From assembly GCA_001767955.1 (NCBI GenBank), contig MEMO01000021.1, positions 8,344 to 72,343 of the forward strand: 64,000 nucleotides of DNA, read 5' to 3'. The stretch's first letter is position 1, and the number at the start of each line of letters is the position of its first letter. The position numbers and the translations under genes were made by a program. Source of the DNA: Alphaproteobacteria bacterium RIFCSPLOWO2_01_FULL_40_26. GTDB lineage: Bacteria; Pseudomonadota; Alphaproteobacteria; Rickettsiales; UBA1997. This document shows, piece by piece, positions 46,540-55,597 of this stretch. The notes below the pieces were generated by a model, which worked only from the letters and a program-made list of their open reading frames with translations, ran no database searches and had not been told where the DNA came from.

Positions 46540-48240
46540 ATGATCACTTCTTCTACTAACACAGATATCGGCGCCAAACTTCTGGAAAAAAAAGTAATTT
46601 CCGATGATCAGCTAGCCATTGCCGTCAAAGAGTGTGAGCGCATTAAAGGCGCAAAAACCGTCGGCGCAATTTTGATTGAGATGGGTTTTATTTCCGAAGG
46701 CGCACTCGGTGAAATCCTCAATGAATCAACCGGAGTTAAAAAATTCGACATCAAATCAGCCATCATTGATGCCAAGCTGGTCAAAAAAGTGCCAAAAGAT
46801 TTTGCCACTCACAACAAGCTGATTACGGTTTCATACACTCACGATTCGATCACCATCGGCATGAATGATGTTTTTGATATTGTTGCTATCGATCAGGTTC
46901 GGCGCTTCTTTCCGCCAAATTTTCATATCAATCCGGTTTTTGTTCCTGAAACCGATATCATTGCCGCCATTGATCAGTATTATGGCTATGAGATGTCAAT
47001 CGAGGGCATACTCAAAGAAATTGAAAGCAACGCCAATAAAACCTTCGACGAAACACAACTCAAAGGTGATTATAAAAGCCCGATGGTACGTTTGGTTGAC
47101 GCGATTTTAACCGATGCGGTGCATCGCGGCGCCTCGGATTTACACTTTGAACCGGAAGCATTATTCCTGCGCATCCGCTACCGCATTGATGGCAAGATGA
47201 TGCAGATTCGCAGCATTCACAAGGAATATTGGTCGGCAATTGCGGTGCGCATAAAAATCATGTCCGGCATGAATATCGCAGAAAGCAGGAAACCACAGGA
47301 TGGACGCATCAATTCCGAAATTCTCGGACGCAAAATCGATTTTCGTGTTTCCACTCAGCCAACAATCAATGGGGAAAATATCGTGATGCGTATTCTCGAT
47401 GAAAAACAATCGATCATTTCGCTCGACAAGCTTGGCTTCTCTGATATTAGCATCAATTTGATGAAGAAAATGGTGCAACGTCCGGAAGGGGTGATCATAC
47501 TCACCGGTCCTACAGGTTCAGGTAAAACCACCACTCTATACACGGTTTTAAACTACATCAACTCCATCGACAAAAACATCATGACTCTCGAAGATCCGGT
47601 GGAATATCATATCCCGCTGGTTCGGCAATCAAACATTCGTTCCGATATTGGCATGGATTTTGCCGCTGGCATCAAAGCCTTATTGCGTCAGGATCCGGAT
47701 GTAATTCTGGTTGGTGAAATTCGCGATAAAGATACAGCAATCACCGCCATTCAGGCGGCGATGACTGGTCATCAGGTTTACAGCTCGCTACACACCAATG
47801 ATGCGCTTGGTGCAATTCCGCGCCTGATGAATATCGGCGTGCCAAATTATCTGATGTCCGGCTCATTGATTGGTGTGGTAGCACAACGTTTGGCACGCAA
47901 ACTCTGTCCACATTGCAAAAAAGAATTCCCGCTCGACTCATTTGAAAAAAAGCTGCTCGGCCCTAAATACACCAATGCTGAAAAAATTTTCAAAGCCGTT
48001 GGCTGTGAAAAATGCCGCAGCGGCTATAAAGGACGCGTGGTCATTTGTGAAATTCTTCCCTTTGATCGCGAATTTGATGAGCTCGTTACCAACGCCGCCA
48101 GCCGCAAGGAGATGTTGTCCTATGTCTTAAAACAAGGCTTCGTGCCAATGGTTGAAGACGGAATACAAAAGGTGATAGCAGGAATAACCGATATAAAAGA
48201 ACTGATGCGGGTTGTTGATATGACAGACCGGATGAGTTAG
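46540..48240 (+). CDS. GspE/PilB-family secretion ATPase (type II secretion / type IV pilus assembly) with MshEN-like N-domain
   Basis: Walker A LTGPTGSGKTTT, Asp box, Walker B ILVGEIRD, tetracysteine CPHC..CEKC. Confidence 0.85.
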   Translation: MITSSTNTDIGAKLLEKKVISDDQLAIAVKECERIKGAKTVGAILIEMGFISEGALGEILNESTGVKKFDIKSAIIDAKLVKKVPKDFATHNKLITVSYTHDSITIGMNDVFDIVAIDQVRRFFPPNFHINPVFVPETDIIAAIDQYYGYEMSIEGILKEIESNANKTFDETQLKGDYKSPMVRLVDAILTDAVHRGASDLHFEPEALFLRIRYRIDGKMMQIRSIHKEYWSAIAVRIKIMSGMNIAESRKPQDGRINSEILGRKIDFRVSTQPTINGENIVMRILDEKQSIISLDKLGFSDISINLMKKMVQRPEGVIILTGPTGSGKTTTLYTVLNYINSIDKNIMTLEDPVEYHIPLVRQSNIRSDIGMDFAAGIKALLRQDPDVILVGEIRDKDTAITAIQAAMTGHQVYSSLHTNDALGAIPRLMNIGVPNYLMSGSLIGVVAQRLARKLCPHCKKEFPLDSFEKKLLGPKYTNAEKIFKAVGCEKCRSGYKGRVVICEILPFDREFDELVTNAASRKEMLSYVLKQGFVPMVEDGIQKVIAGITDIKELMRVVDMTDRMS

Positions 48241-48249
48241 AGCCTGTTA

Positions 48250-48409
48250 GAGCCTGTCTTAAAACCCAACGTGTCTCGATTTTCCATAAATTTTGAGCGA
48301 CTTTTTGGCAAAATTTTGCCGCTGTATCTGGCATACTGCAAAAAATTTTGCCAAAAAACGAGCCAAAATTTATGGAAAAGCGAGGCGCGGTGGGTTTTAA
48401 GACAGGCTC
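48250..48409. mobile_element. 160-bp palindromic MITE-like element, family A copy A3 (intergenic)
   Basis: GAGCCTGTCTTAAAACCC..GGGTTTTAAGACAGGCTC. The core is identical to A2 and the arms differ by paired substitutions. It is preceded by a 10-bp duplication TTAGAGCCTG (48237-48246 / 48247-48256). Confidence 0.9.
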
Positions 48410-48450
48410 TAGCTAATTATTTTAAACAAAATTCGTAAATAGAAAATTTT

Positions 48451-48912
48451 ATGACTCGTCTTTCCAAATCAGATAAACAGCAAAACAACGCGCTCGATCT
48501 GCTCTTTACACAAAAGCCTTATACAACAATCACCAACAATATCGAGGTAACAGTATGGGCTGAATTTATTGACAGCAAATACAGCATTATCGGTGATTTT
48601 TTTATCTGGGCTTATCACGTACGAATCGACAATAGGCGGGAAAAGCCAATACAGCTGATAAACCGCCACTGGCGCATCATTGACGAAAAAGGCAATGTGC
48701 AGGAAGTTGATGGCGAGGGCGTTGTCGGAGAACAGCCAGTAATTGCGCCATATTGCTCATATCAATATTCAAGCGGAATTCATCTGCGCCACCCTTCCGG
48801 AATCATGACCGGAAAATACCAAATGAAACATGTTGATGGCAGCGAGATTTTTGATGTTTCAATTCCAACATTTTCTCTTGATGTGCCGAGCGTGAAAAGC
48901 GTGATTAACTGA
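48451..48912 (+). CDS. apaG: ApaG (DUF525) protein
   Basis: ITNNIEVTVWAEFIDSKYS..WAYHVRIDNRREKPIQLINRHWRIIDEKGNVQEVDGEGVVGEQPVI. Confidence 0.85.
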   Translation: MTRLSKSDKQQNNALDLLFTQKPYTTITNNIEVTVWAEFIDSKYSIIGDFFIWAYHVRIDNRREKPIQLINRHWRIIDEKGNVQEVDGEGVVGEQPVIAPYCSYQYSSGIHLRHPSGIMTGKYQMKHVDGSEIFDVSIPTFSLDVPSVKSVIN

Positions 48913-48916
48913 TGTC

Positions 48917-49711
48917 GTGAAAATTCTTGCTTTTGATACCACCTCTTTCGGCCTTTCCGTAGCCCTTTTGAACAATGAAAAAATAATCCCAGATCCGTCA
49001 TTAGAACCGTCCAGAATTCCGCTAAGCCACGATTCTCCTGGCCTCGAGCGAGCACCGCACCGGAAGCGTATCATGCATACGCTGACGGAGCGGAGCGCAG
49101 AACGAGGTCAAGAGAATCGTGGATTAGTAGGAATTATGGGCAGTTCTAATGACGGATCTGGGATAATTGTAAAAAGCCTTATCTCTGAAAGTGGAAAGCA
49201 GTCGGAATTTTTAATTCCGGAGATCGAAAAAATTCTGCGCGCACAGAAAATCTGGTATCAGGATTTGGCTTTAATCGCAACAACCAATGGTCCCGGAAGC
49301 TTCACCGGAACTCGCATCGGACTCACCACAGCACGCACAATAAAAGCCGCAATTAATCTACCGCTGATTTTGGTTAATTCCTGCGAAGCAATCGCTTTCA
49401 AATATCGTAAAAAATCGGGGAAAATTTTTGTTGTGCTTGACGCATCAAATGATGAATTTTTTTGTGCCGGCTTTCTTGCTGAAAACGAAAAACTCATACA
49501 AATCATGAAGCCTTGTCTGGCAAGGGAAGATGAGCTACCAAAAATTCTACCACAGGAAAATTTTTTTCTCTGCGGCACTAAAAATGGCGATGTTGTTGCA
49601 GCAGATTTGATAGGAGTTTTGGCTTATGAAAAATTCAAAAATGGTGAGATTTCGCAGAATCTTGATCCCCTCTATTTGAGGATGCCAAGGATTAGCGAGA
49701 GAAAGAAATAA
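48917..49711 (+). CDS. tsaB: tRNA t6A modification protein TsaB carrying a 60-aa in-frame palindromic insertion
   Basis: (V)KILAFDTTSFGLSVALL..; ATTNGPGSFTGTRIGLTTAR. GTG start. Confidence 0.85.
   Translation: MKILAFDTTSFGLSVALLNNEKIIPDPSLEPSRIPLSHDSPGLERAPHRKRIMHTLTERSAERGQENRGLVGIMGSSNDGSGIIVKSLISESGKQSEFLIPEIEKILRAQKIWYQDLALIATTNGPGSFTGTRIGLTTARTIKAAINLPLILVNSCEAIAFKYRKKSGKIFVVLDASNDEFFCAGFLAENEKLIQIMKPCLAREDELPKILPQENFFLCGTKNGDVVAADLIGVLAYEKFKNGEISQNLDPLYLRMPRISERKK
48986..49164. mobile_element. ~180-bp palindromic element, family H (single copy in window), in frame inside tsaB
   Basis: ATCCCAGATCCGTCATTAGAAC..GTTCTAATGACGGATCTGGGAT, with further internal complementary blocks (CCACGATTCTC / GAGAATCGTGG). 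Confidence 0.8.
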
Positions 49712-49737
49712 TTTAAGATTTAGGATTTAGGATTTAG
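49711..49737. repeat. (GATTTAG)n 7-bp microsatellite abutting the left end of element B3
   Basis: ATTTAA GATTTAG GATTTAG GATTTAG; the last G is the first nt of B3. Confidence 0.8.
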
Positions 49738-49896
49738 AACCTGTTCAGGATCTTTTTTAACCCCATATTTTACCCTGTTTTTGCTTATTTTTTGACAAAA
49801 TTACTCACCGTATTGCCAGATACGCTTCGTAATTTTGTCAAAAAAGCGCTAAAAACATGCTAAAATCTGGGGTTAAAAAAGATCCTGAACAGGTTC
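49737..49896. mobile_element. 160-bp palindromic MITE-like element, family B copy B3
   Basis: GAACCTGTTCAGGATCTTTTTTAACCCC..GGGGTTAAAAAAGATCCTGAACAGGTTC with TTA flanks. Confidence 0.9.
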
Positions 49897-49924
49897 TTAG
49901 AATTTGGGTTTAAAAGTTTTCATC

Positions 49925-49998
49925 GGCTGGGTAGCAAAGTGGTAATGCAATGGCCTGCAAAGCCTTCATCGCCGGTTCGATTCCGGCCCCGGCCTCCA
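49925..49998 (+). tRNA. tRNA-Cys (anticodon GCA), CCA encoded
   Basis: Acceptor GGCTGGG/CCCGGCC (one G-U pair); anticodon loop CTGCAAA; T arm GCCGG-TTCGATT-CCGGC; discriminator U then CCA. Confidence 0.9.
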
Positions 49999-50008
49999 TA
50001 AATTTTCA

Positions 50009-51211
50009 ATGAATCACTCTCTTCACTCACAATATTTTCTCAACATTTCCACGACAAAAAAATTCCTGCAAATCTGCCGGAAATCTGCCGCAATTTTACG
50101 CAGTGAAATCAAAGCAAAAAAAATTGCCGCTATTGACGAGGTTTTTTCCAATCAGGACTTTTTAGAATTGGTTAAAAAGATTTCTCCTTACCAGAAAATT
50201 CTGGTTTTAGGTGTAGGTGGATCAAGCCTTGGTGGCAAAACTTTAAGTGCTTTAAAACCGCAAAATAAGCTGGAATTTCTGGAATCAATTGATCCTGCAA
50301 CTGTTAAAAATTGTTTGTCAAAAATTGATTTGAGAAACGCCTTTTTTTTAGTCATCAGCAAATCCGGCGAGACAATTGAAACCATCTGCCAAACCTTGAT
50401 CATAGTTGATCAGCTGCACAAAGAAAAAATCAGAAATTCTGCCAAACAATTTTTATTTATCACCGAATCGCAAACAAATTCTCTGGCTAAAATCGCCAAA
50501 AAAATCGGCGCCGAAATCGCCAATCATCCAAACAAAATCGGTGGGCGTTATTCATGTTTTTCAATAGTCGGATTATTGCCTTCATTGCTTTGCGGACTTA
50601 ATATCAAAAAAATCCGCGATGGCGCAAAAAAAACTTTGGGAGAATTTTTAAGTAAAAATGAAATTGCTGATTCATGCGCCATTCAACTCTCTTGCTACGA
50701 AAAAAACATCAGTGGCAATGTCATCATGCCTTATGTTGATAGTCTGAAAAATTTCACCGACTGGTATCGTCAATTATGGGCAGAATCTTTAGGAAAAAAT
50801 AATTTCGGCTCAACTCCAATCAACTCAATGGGCACCATAGATCAGCACAGTCAATTACAGCTTTACCTTGATGGTCCAAAAGACAAATTTTTCACCTTCA
50901 TCACTACTAAAAATCATCAAAATGATTTTGCCATCAAAGATCTTCCCGACTGCAAAACATTGTTCGGCAAAAAAAAATTAAGCCAAATTGTTGCGATTGA
51001 ACAACAAACAACCATCGAAGTTTTAAACCGCAAAAAACTACCAATCAGAATTTTTGAAATCGAAAAACTCGATGAAGAAATTTTAGGCGCTCTGATGATG
51101 CGGATATTTCTTGAAACCATTGTGATTGCTTACGCCAAAAACATAAATCCCTTTGATCAGCCTGCCGTTGAGTTGCGCAAAAATTTGGCGAAAGAAATTT
51201 TAAAGAAATAG
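50009..51211 (+). CDS. pgi: Glucose-6-phosphate isomerase (short ~400-aa type)
   Basis: ILVLGVGGSSLGGKTL, FLVISKSGETIET, GGRYSCFSIVGLLP. Confidence 0.8.
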   Translation: MNHSLHSQYFLNISTTKKFLQICRKSAAILRSEIKAKKIAAIDEVFSNQDFLELVKKISPYQKILVLGVGGSSLGGKTLSALKPQNKLEFLESIDPATVKNCLSKIDLRNAFFLVISKSGETIETICQTLIIVDQLHKEKIRNSAKQFLFITESQTNSLAKIAKKIGAEIANHPNKIGGRYSCFSIVGLLPSLLCGLNIKKIRDGAKKTLGEFLSKNEIADSCAIQLSCYEKNISGNVIMPYVDSLKNFTDWYRQLWAESLGKNNFGSTPINSMGTIDQHSQLQLYLDGPKDKFFTFITTKNHQNDFAIKDLPDCKTLFGKKKLSQIVAIEQQTTIEVLNRKKLPIRIFEIEKLDEEILGALMMRIFLETIVIAYAKNINPFDQPAVELRKNLAKEILKK

Positions 51212-51274
51212 ATCCTGAAACAAGTTCAGGATGACGGAGTTTGAAATTTGTCATCCTGAACTTGTTTCAGGATC
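51211..51274. repeat. Double-hairpin palindrome, family I
   Basis: GATCCTGAAACAAGTTCAGGATGAC..GTCATCCTGAACTTGTTTCAGGATC with TA flanks. The first G completes the pgi TAG stop. Confidence 0.85.
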
Positions 51275-51288
51275 TAAAAATCAAAAAA

Positions 51289-51798
51289 ATGCCCAAAAAA
51301 ATGTCAATTAAAACCAATAAAAACCTGCTGATTTTTTTATTTTCCGCCGCCGCTTTGGCACTTATCTTCGCCTATATTTCACAATTTGTTTTTAACTATC
51401 AGCCTTGCATTTTGTGTCTTTATCAACGCAAGCCATTCTTTGCCATTATTGCTTTGACATTGAGTGCATTAGTTTTTTTCAAAACAGAAAAATCACAAAA
51501 AACCATCATTTTTTTCTGCATAATTTTTTTAATCATCAATGCAGGAATCGCCTTTTATCACGTTGGAGTTGAGCAGAAAATCTTCAAAGGTTTTAGCGGA
51601 TGTTCGTCACAAAATCTCAACGAAATCAATGATCTTGAAGAATTGAAAAAAGCCCTGCTTGCAACAAAAGCAGTGCGTTGTGATCAGCCGCAATTTTTCC
51701 TGCTTTCACTTTCGATGGCGGCATGGAATCTGATTTATTGCATCACAATTGCATTATTCTCATTTCTGCATTTGCAAAAGCGTGTTAATCGTGGTTGA
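51289..51798 (+). CDS. dsbB: Disulfide bond formation protein DsbB-like
   Basis: 4 TM; CILCLYQR (CxxC) in the first periplasmic loop and a second Cys pair (GCSS..VRCD). Confidence 0.65.
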   Translation: MPKKMSIKTNKNLLIFLFSAAALALIFAYISQFVFNYQPCILCLYQRKPFFAIIALTLSALVFFKTEKSQKTIIFFCIIFLIINAGIAFYHVGVEQKIFKGFSGCSSQNLNEINDLEELKKALLATKAVRCDQPQFFLLSLSMAAWNLIYCITIALFSFLHLQKRVNRG

Positions 51799-52614
51799 AA
51801 ACATCGCAAATAAATTGGAAGAATTTGCTGCTCCGCCGACAGTGAAAGGTAACAAAACTGTCGCGATATTGGTTTTTTTGCTTAAGTGCAACGCCGATTC
51901 TTTATTCTCATAAGCGGCAAAAATTATCACTTTGGCACGATTTTTGTTCAGATTTCTTGCCAGTTTGTTCATGTAATAATTGTAGGAAATATAGCCTTTC
52001 GGAGCGTCAATTTTTGCCACCACATCAAGTTTTAACCAATCAGTCAAAGCAAGCCACGAATCAGAGTTAACAACAACTTTCATGCCTTTAAGCGGCTGTG
52101 CTTCTTCCTCCCATTTTTTAATCGCCTGATTCCATCTTGCTGCAAAATTTTCGTAAGATTTCTGATAAAAATCAGAGTTATCTATATCGGATAATATTAC
52201 CAAACGCGTAAATTCCGCAGCAATCGGCAGGATATTATGCGGATTAAGATGAACACGCGCACCCTTTGGTTTTGTCGTGGCAAAATTAAAAGCGAATAGA
52301 AGCTTGTCCGGATCAGTCATCACATGAAAATTATCACCACCGCGAATGGCGCGCGTAACCCATTTATCTTCAAGACCTCCTCCCGAGCAAAAAATCATGT
52401 CAGCGATTCCGAAGCGATCTTCCAAAATATAGTTATATGGGATATCCACCGGATTTTGATTTGCCGAAGTGATATTGATCACATCAGCCTTATCAACAAC
52501 AATCTCCTTCACCAAACTTTGCCATTCCGGCTCGCAAGTCAGTACGGTGATTTTTGCTTCAACAGTGATTGAAGAAAAAAATAATAGAAAAAAAAGATAA
52601 AATTTTTTCATCAC
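51760..52614 (-). CDS. ZnuA/TroA-like periplasmic metal-binding protein homologue (canonical His ligands partly replaced)
   Basis: Signal peptide; the pattern ..VLTCEPEWQSLVKEI..ADMIFCSGGGLEDKW..VHLNPHN.. resembles cluster-9 solute-binding proteins. Confidence 0.4.
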   Translation of the reverse strand: MMKKFYLFFLLFFSSITVEAKITVLTCEPEWQSLVKEIVVDKADVINITSANQNPVDIPYNYILEDRFGIADMIFCSGGGLEDKWVTRAIRGGDNFHVMTDPDKLLFAFNFATTKPKGARVHLNPHNILPIAAEFTRLVILSDIDNSDFYQKSYENFAARWNQAIKKWEEEAQPLKGMKVVVNSDSWLALTDWLKLDVVAKIDAPKGYISYNYYMNKLARNLNKNRAKVIIFAAYENKESALHLSKKTNIATVLLPFTVGGAANSSNLFAMFSTTINTLLQMQK

Positions 52615-53111
52615 TCAATAACTTTAAAATTCACACGAATATCCTGTATAAACACTTTCAAACTAGAATCAAACTTCCAATTTCTCAAAGATTTCAAAAG
52701 CAGATGATTCAATCTTGGATTGGCACAAGGCTTGATCAATTTCACATCAGAAACACTGCCGTCTTTAGCGATATAAAACCGCGCCACGGCAGAAGAATTA
52801 AAAGCCTCAAAACGCAAATCTTCGGGAATTTCCGGCAGCGGTTGATAGATCGGCGCAACCATTTTTGCCGGAGAATCTTGTTCTGCGTAAACATGATGCT
52901 TGTTGGCTGACGTCTCATCACGCCTCATTTCCTTGTGCAAAACTTTTTTATCTTTGCCGTTTTTTGCCATATCAGAAATTATCCTCGCTTCCAAAACTAA
53001 TGACACTTGCGGAATTTCCTGCCGATTTAAATTTTCAAGAACCAGAACAGCCAAAGCCATGAGGTGAATGACGAGGCTGAAAATGAAGCTTTTGATTGAA
53101 TCACTTCTCAT
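52611..53111 (-). CDS. TonB-like energy transducer (short)
   Basis: N-terminal TM anchor; C-terminal TonB domain PEIPEDLRFEAFNSSAVARFYIAKDGSVSDVKLIKPCANPRLNHLLLKSLRNWKF. Confidence 0.65.
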   Translation of the reverse strand: MRSDSIKSFIFSLVIHLMALAVLVLENLNRQEIPQVSLVLEARIISDMAKNGKDKKVLHKEMRRDETSANKHHVYAEQDSPAKMVAPIYQPLPEIPEDLRFEAFNSSAVARFYIAKDGSVSDVKLIKPCANPRLNHLLLKSLRNWKFDSSLKVFIQDIRVNFKVIE

Positions 53112-55174
53112 TGATTAAAAGTTTTACTGGCAATCAGGTAAAAAGTCCGTCTTGGCGCATATTGCGAGGCATTAATGCCAATTCCTCCGCCATCGTGATA
53201 TTGGTAAATCCGGTCAAATAAATTTACGCCGGCAAAGCGAAAATTGGTTTTGCCTAAAACCGGCAATTCAAAATCACGCGCTATTGCGGCGTTAATTTGC
53301 CAGTATGAAGGCATGGTGTTTTTGTTATTTGCACCAGTTTGAAGACCAGAACCGTAAAGCGCATCAGCAGAATATTTCGTACCACAAAGCAGATAAGACG
53401 CACCAATCGCGGCAGTATAATTTTGCGCATGATCAGGGCGGACATAATGATCTCGCACATAATCAAGCTCTTCAGCCTCGTGAATATATTGGCCGGAAAT
53501 GATATTTTTTGCATAAACTCTTTGCGCCGAAAAATTGGCATAGGAGGAAAAATCGTTTTTGCGATAATCAAGTTTTAGCTCAACGCCATAAGCCTTGCCC
53601 TCCTCATAATTGAACGGCGTATAAATCAAAGAATTACCAAACTGATGCTCATCAAGCATGTTTTTGATGCGCTTGTAATAGCCATCAACTGCCAAAGTTA
53701 ATTCCGGCAAAATTTTGTGAGCGATGCCGATGTCGTAATATGAGCTGCGCTCGGCTTTAACTTTGCCGTTTAACTCACTTTCCGAAGCATTGCTGGTATC
53801 GTTAAATTTCTGACGATTGGTTTCAGAAATTGCCGCAACCGGCGGCGGAGTAAAATAGCGCGCAAAGCCGGCATGGATTTTGGTATCCTTGCTTAAATCA
53901 TAAACCGCGCCAAGCCGCGGGCTGATTTGGCTTTCATTGACATAAGCGCGCGAAAGATCAAAGCGTGCGCCATAATTCAACGTCAAATCCTTCAAAGCTC
54001 TCCACTCATTTTGCAAATAAACGCCGTAAAGTTGTGAATTTTTGGCGCTGTTTTCATCAATTAAAAATGGAGTTGTTGAGGTTTGAGTTCCACCGCTAAC
54101 GGGGAAAACCCAATTTTCGCTGTCGCTTTTAACACGATCATTGCTCGCAAAAAATCCGGCACGCAAAATATTTTTATCATTCAACTCATAGCTAAAATCG
54201 CTTTGCATGGAATTGGCAAAAGAACTGCGATTGAGATTGGAAGAAATACCATTAAAAATCAGGCCGCCGTTAAAATCAGGACGATATTGCAAATCGCCGT
54301 ATCGCGTCAAAAACGAAATCTGATAATCAACCTCCGAATCACTCACCCCCTGCAAAGAAATGATGGCAAAATGATCAGCATCTTTTTGCTTTTCGTTTAG
54401 ATAAGATGAATTTGCGCTCTGACCATTAAGCTGATATTTCGCCGCCTTATTTGGACTATTTGGAATTTCAAAACGATTAGTGGCGTTTGAAACAATCACG
54501 CTCAAACGTTTTGAGGCATCAAGAAAATAGGAAAAATAGCCGAAAATATTGTCCTGTCCGCTATCATCATGATTGGGATTTCTTGCTTTCGTAGTTGATT
54601 CAATACCACGATTATTCTGCAAATATGACGCGCTTAAGTAATAATCGAGATTACCAAAATTGCCGCCAACCTGCTGATTTACTAAAGCGGTTTCATTTCC
54701 GCCAAGCATCACTTCCGTGCGATTTTTTTTGGCAAAACCTCCCGATTTTGTTTTGACATCAACAATCGCCGCATTGCGAAAGCCATATTGCGCCGGCATC
54801 GCACCAGTTAAAAAATCAACATTTTCGGCAATATGCGTATCAAAAATCTGCCCAAAACCATTGACAGCGGAAGGCAACATCACACCATTCAGGCGATATT
54901 GCACATTTTTGTGATCACCGCGCACATGAATCTGATTCTGCGTATTTTGCACAACAGACGGCGCGCGCGCAAGAAGCTGATTTAAAGGCGTGGCCTGACC
55001 TTGCGGCAAATTTTCAACATCCTTTTGCTCAAAAACAAAAGCACTGCCTCCAGTTTTTGGCGAAAGATTATTGCGCGATTTATCCAGTTTTTTAGCGGTG
55101 ATTTCATAGTGAAAAGTTTCAGCAAACGCTGATTGCGCCACAAAAATTGCGGCTAGAAATAAAAAATTTTTCAT
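53108..55174 (-). CDS. TonB-dependent outer-membrane receptor
   Basis: Signal peptide; plug domain (IHVRGDHKNVQYRLNGVMLP); long beta-barrel with a C-terminal aromatic-rich strand. Confidence 0.85.
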   Translation of the reverse strand: MKNFLFLAAIFVAQSAFAETFHYEITAKKLDKSRNNLSPKTGGSAFVFEQKDVENLPQGQATPLNQLLARAPSVVQNTQNQIHVRGDHKNVQYRLNGVMLPSAVNGFGQIFDTHIAENVDFLTGAMPAQYGFRNAAIVDVKTKSGGFAKKNRTEVMLGGNETALVNQQVGGNFGNLDYYLSASYLQNNRGIESTTKARNPNHDDSGQDNIFGYFSYFLDASKRLSVIVSNATNRFEIPNSPNKAAKYQLNGQSANSSYLNEKQKDADHFAIISLQGVSDSEVDYQISFLTRYGDLQYRPDFNGGLIFNGISSNLNRSSFANSMQSDFSYELNDKNILRAGFFASNDRVKSDSENWVFPVSGGTQTSTTPFLIDENSAKNSQLYGVYLQNEWRALKDLTLNYGARFDLSRAYVNESQISPRLGAVYDLSKDTKIHAGFARYFTPPPVAAISETNRQKFNDTSNASESELNGKVKAERSSYYDIGIAHKILPELTLAVDGYYKRIKNMLDEHQFGNSLIYTPFNYEEGKAYGVELKLDYRKNDFSSYANFSAQRVYAKNIISGQYIHEAEELDYVRDHYVRPDHAQNYTAAIGASYLLCGTKYSADALYGSGLQTGANNKNTMPSYWQINAAIARDFELPVLGKTNFRFAGVNLFDRIYQYHDGGGIGINASQYAPRRTFYLIASKTFNQ

Positions 55175-55214
55175 GAAGAAATTCTTAAAAATTAGAACCT
55201 TTTGCGGTGAATTT

Positions 55215-55544
55215 TTAAGAATTGAATGGAGGAGCGCGCGGAGCTTTGGAGAAAAGGAGATAGGAGAGTTTTACGCGATCAAAAATCCACGCAAAAAATG
55301 CCAGATAAAAAACCGCCGCAACAAAAATTGTATCAACCGGCGCAAAAATATGATTTTGAAAATTTGCCGAAAAACACAAAACACAATTTTGATCATGATG
55401 TTTTTTTAGCGGCTGATCTGCAGTAGAAATTTCATGATGTGAAATATTGTGAGACAGCGCCAAGCCTTGATCGGCAACAAAGAATGTCAGCGCCAGAAGC
55501 GGAAATATAACTTTAAAAATGAATTTGATTTTTGTTTTGAACAT
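55215..55544 (-). CDS. DUF2946-like small membrane/periplasmic protein (His/Cys-rich)
   Basis: Signal-like MFKTKIKFIFKVIFPLLALTFFVA; HNISHHE..HHDQNCVLC; C-terminal ..KAPRAPP. Located upstream of the TonB-dependent receptor. Confidence 0.35.
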   Translation of the reverse strand: MFKTKIKFIFKVIFPLLALTFFVADQGLALSHNISHHEISTADQPLKKHHDQNCVLCFSANFQNHIFAPVDTIFVAAVFYLAFFAWIFDRVKLSYLLFSKAPRAPPFNS

Positions 55545-55597
55545 AAAAAAAGCGCCGGGCAATATGTTTTGGTTTTCAAAAAATTCAACCTTGGCAA

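Noticed and set aside
49897-50008. tRNA-Cys as an integration site for a genomic island
   Set aside because: No integrase, no direct repeat of the tRNA 3' end and no accessory genes are present. The flanking genes (tsaB, pgi) are housekeeping.
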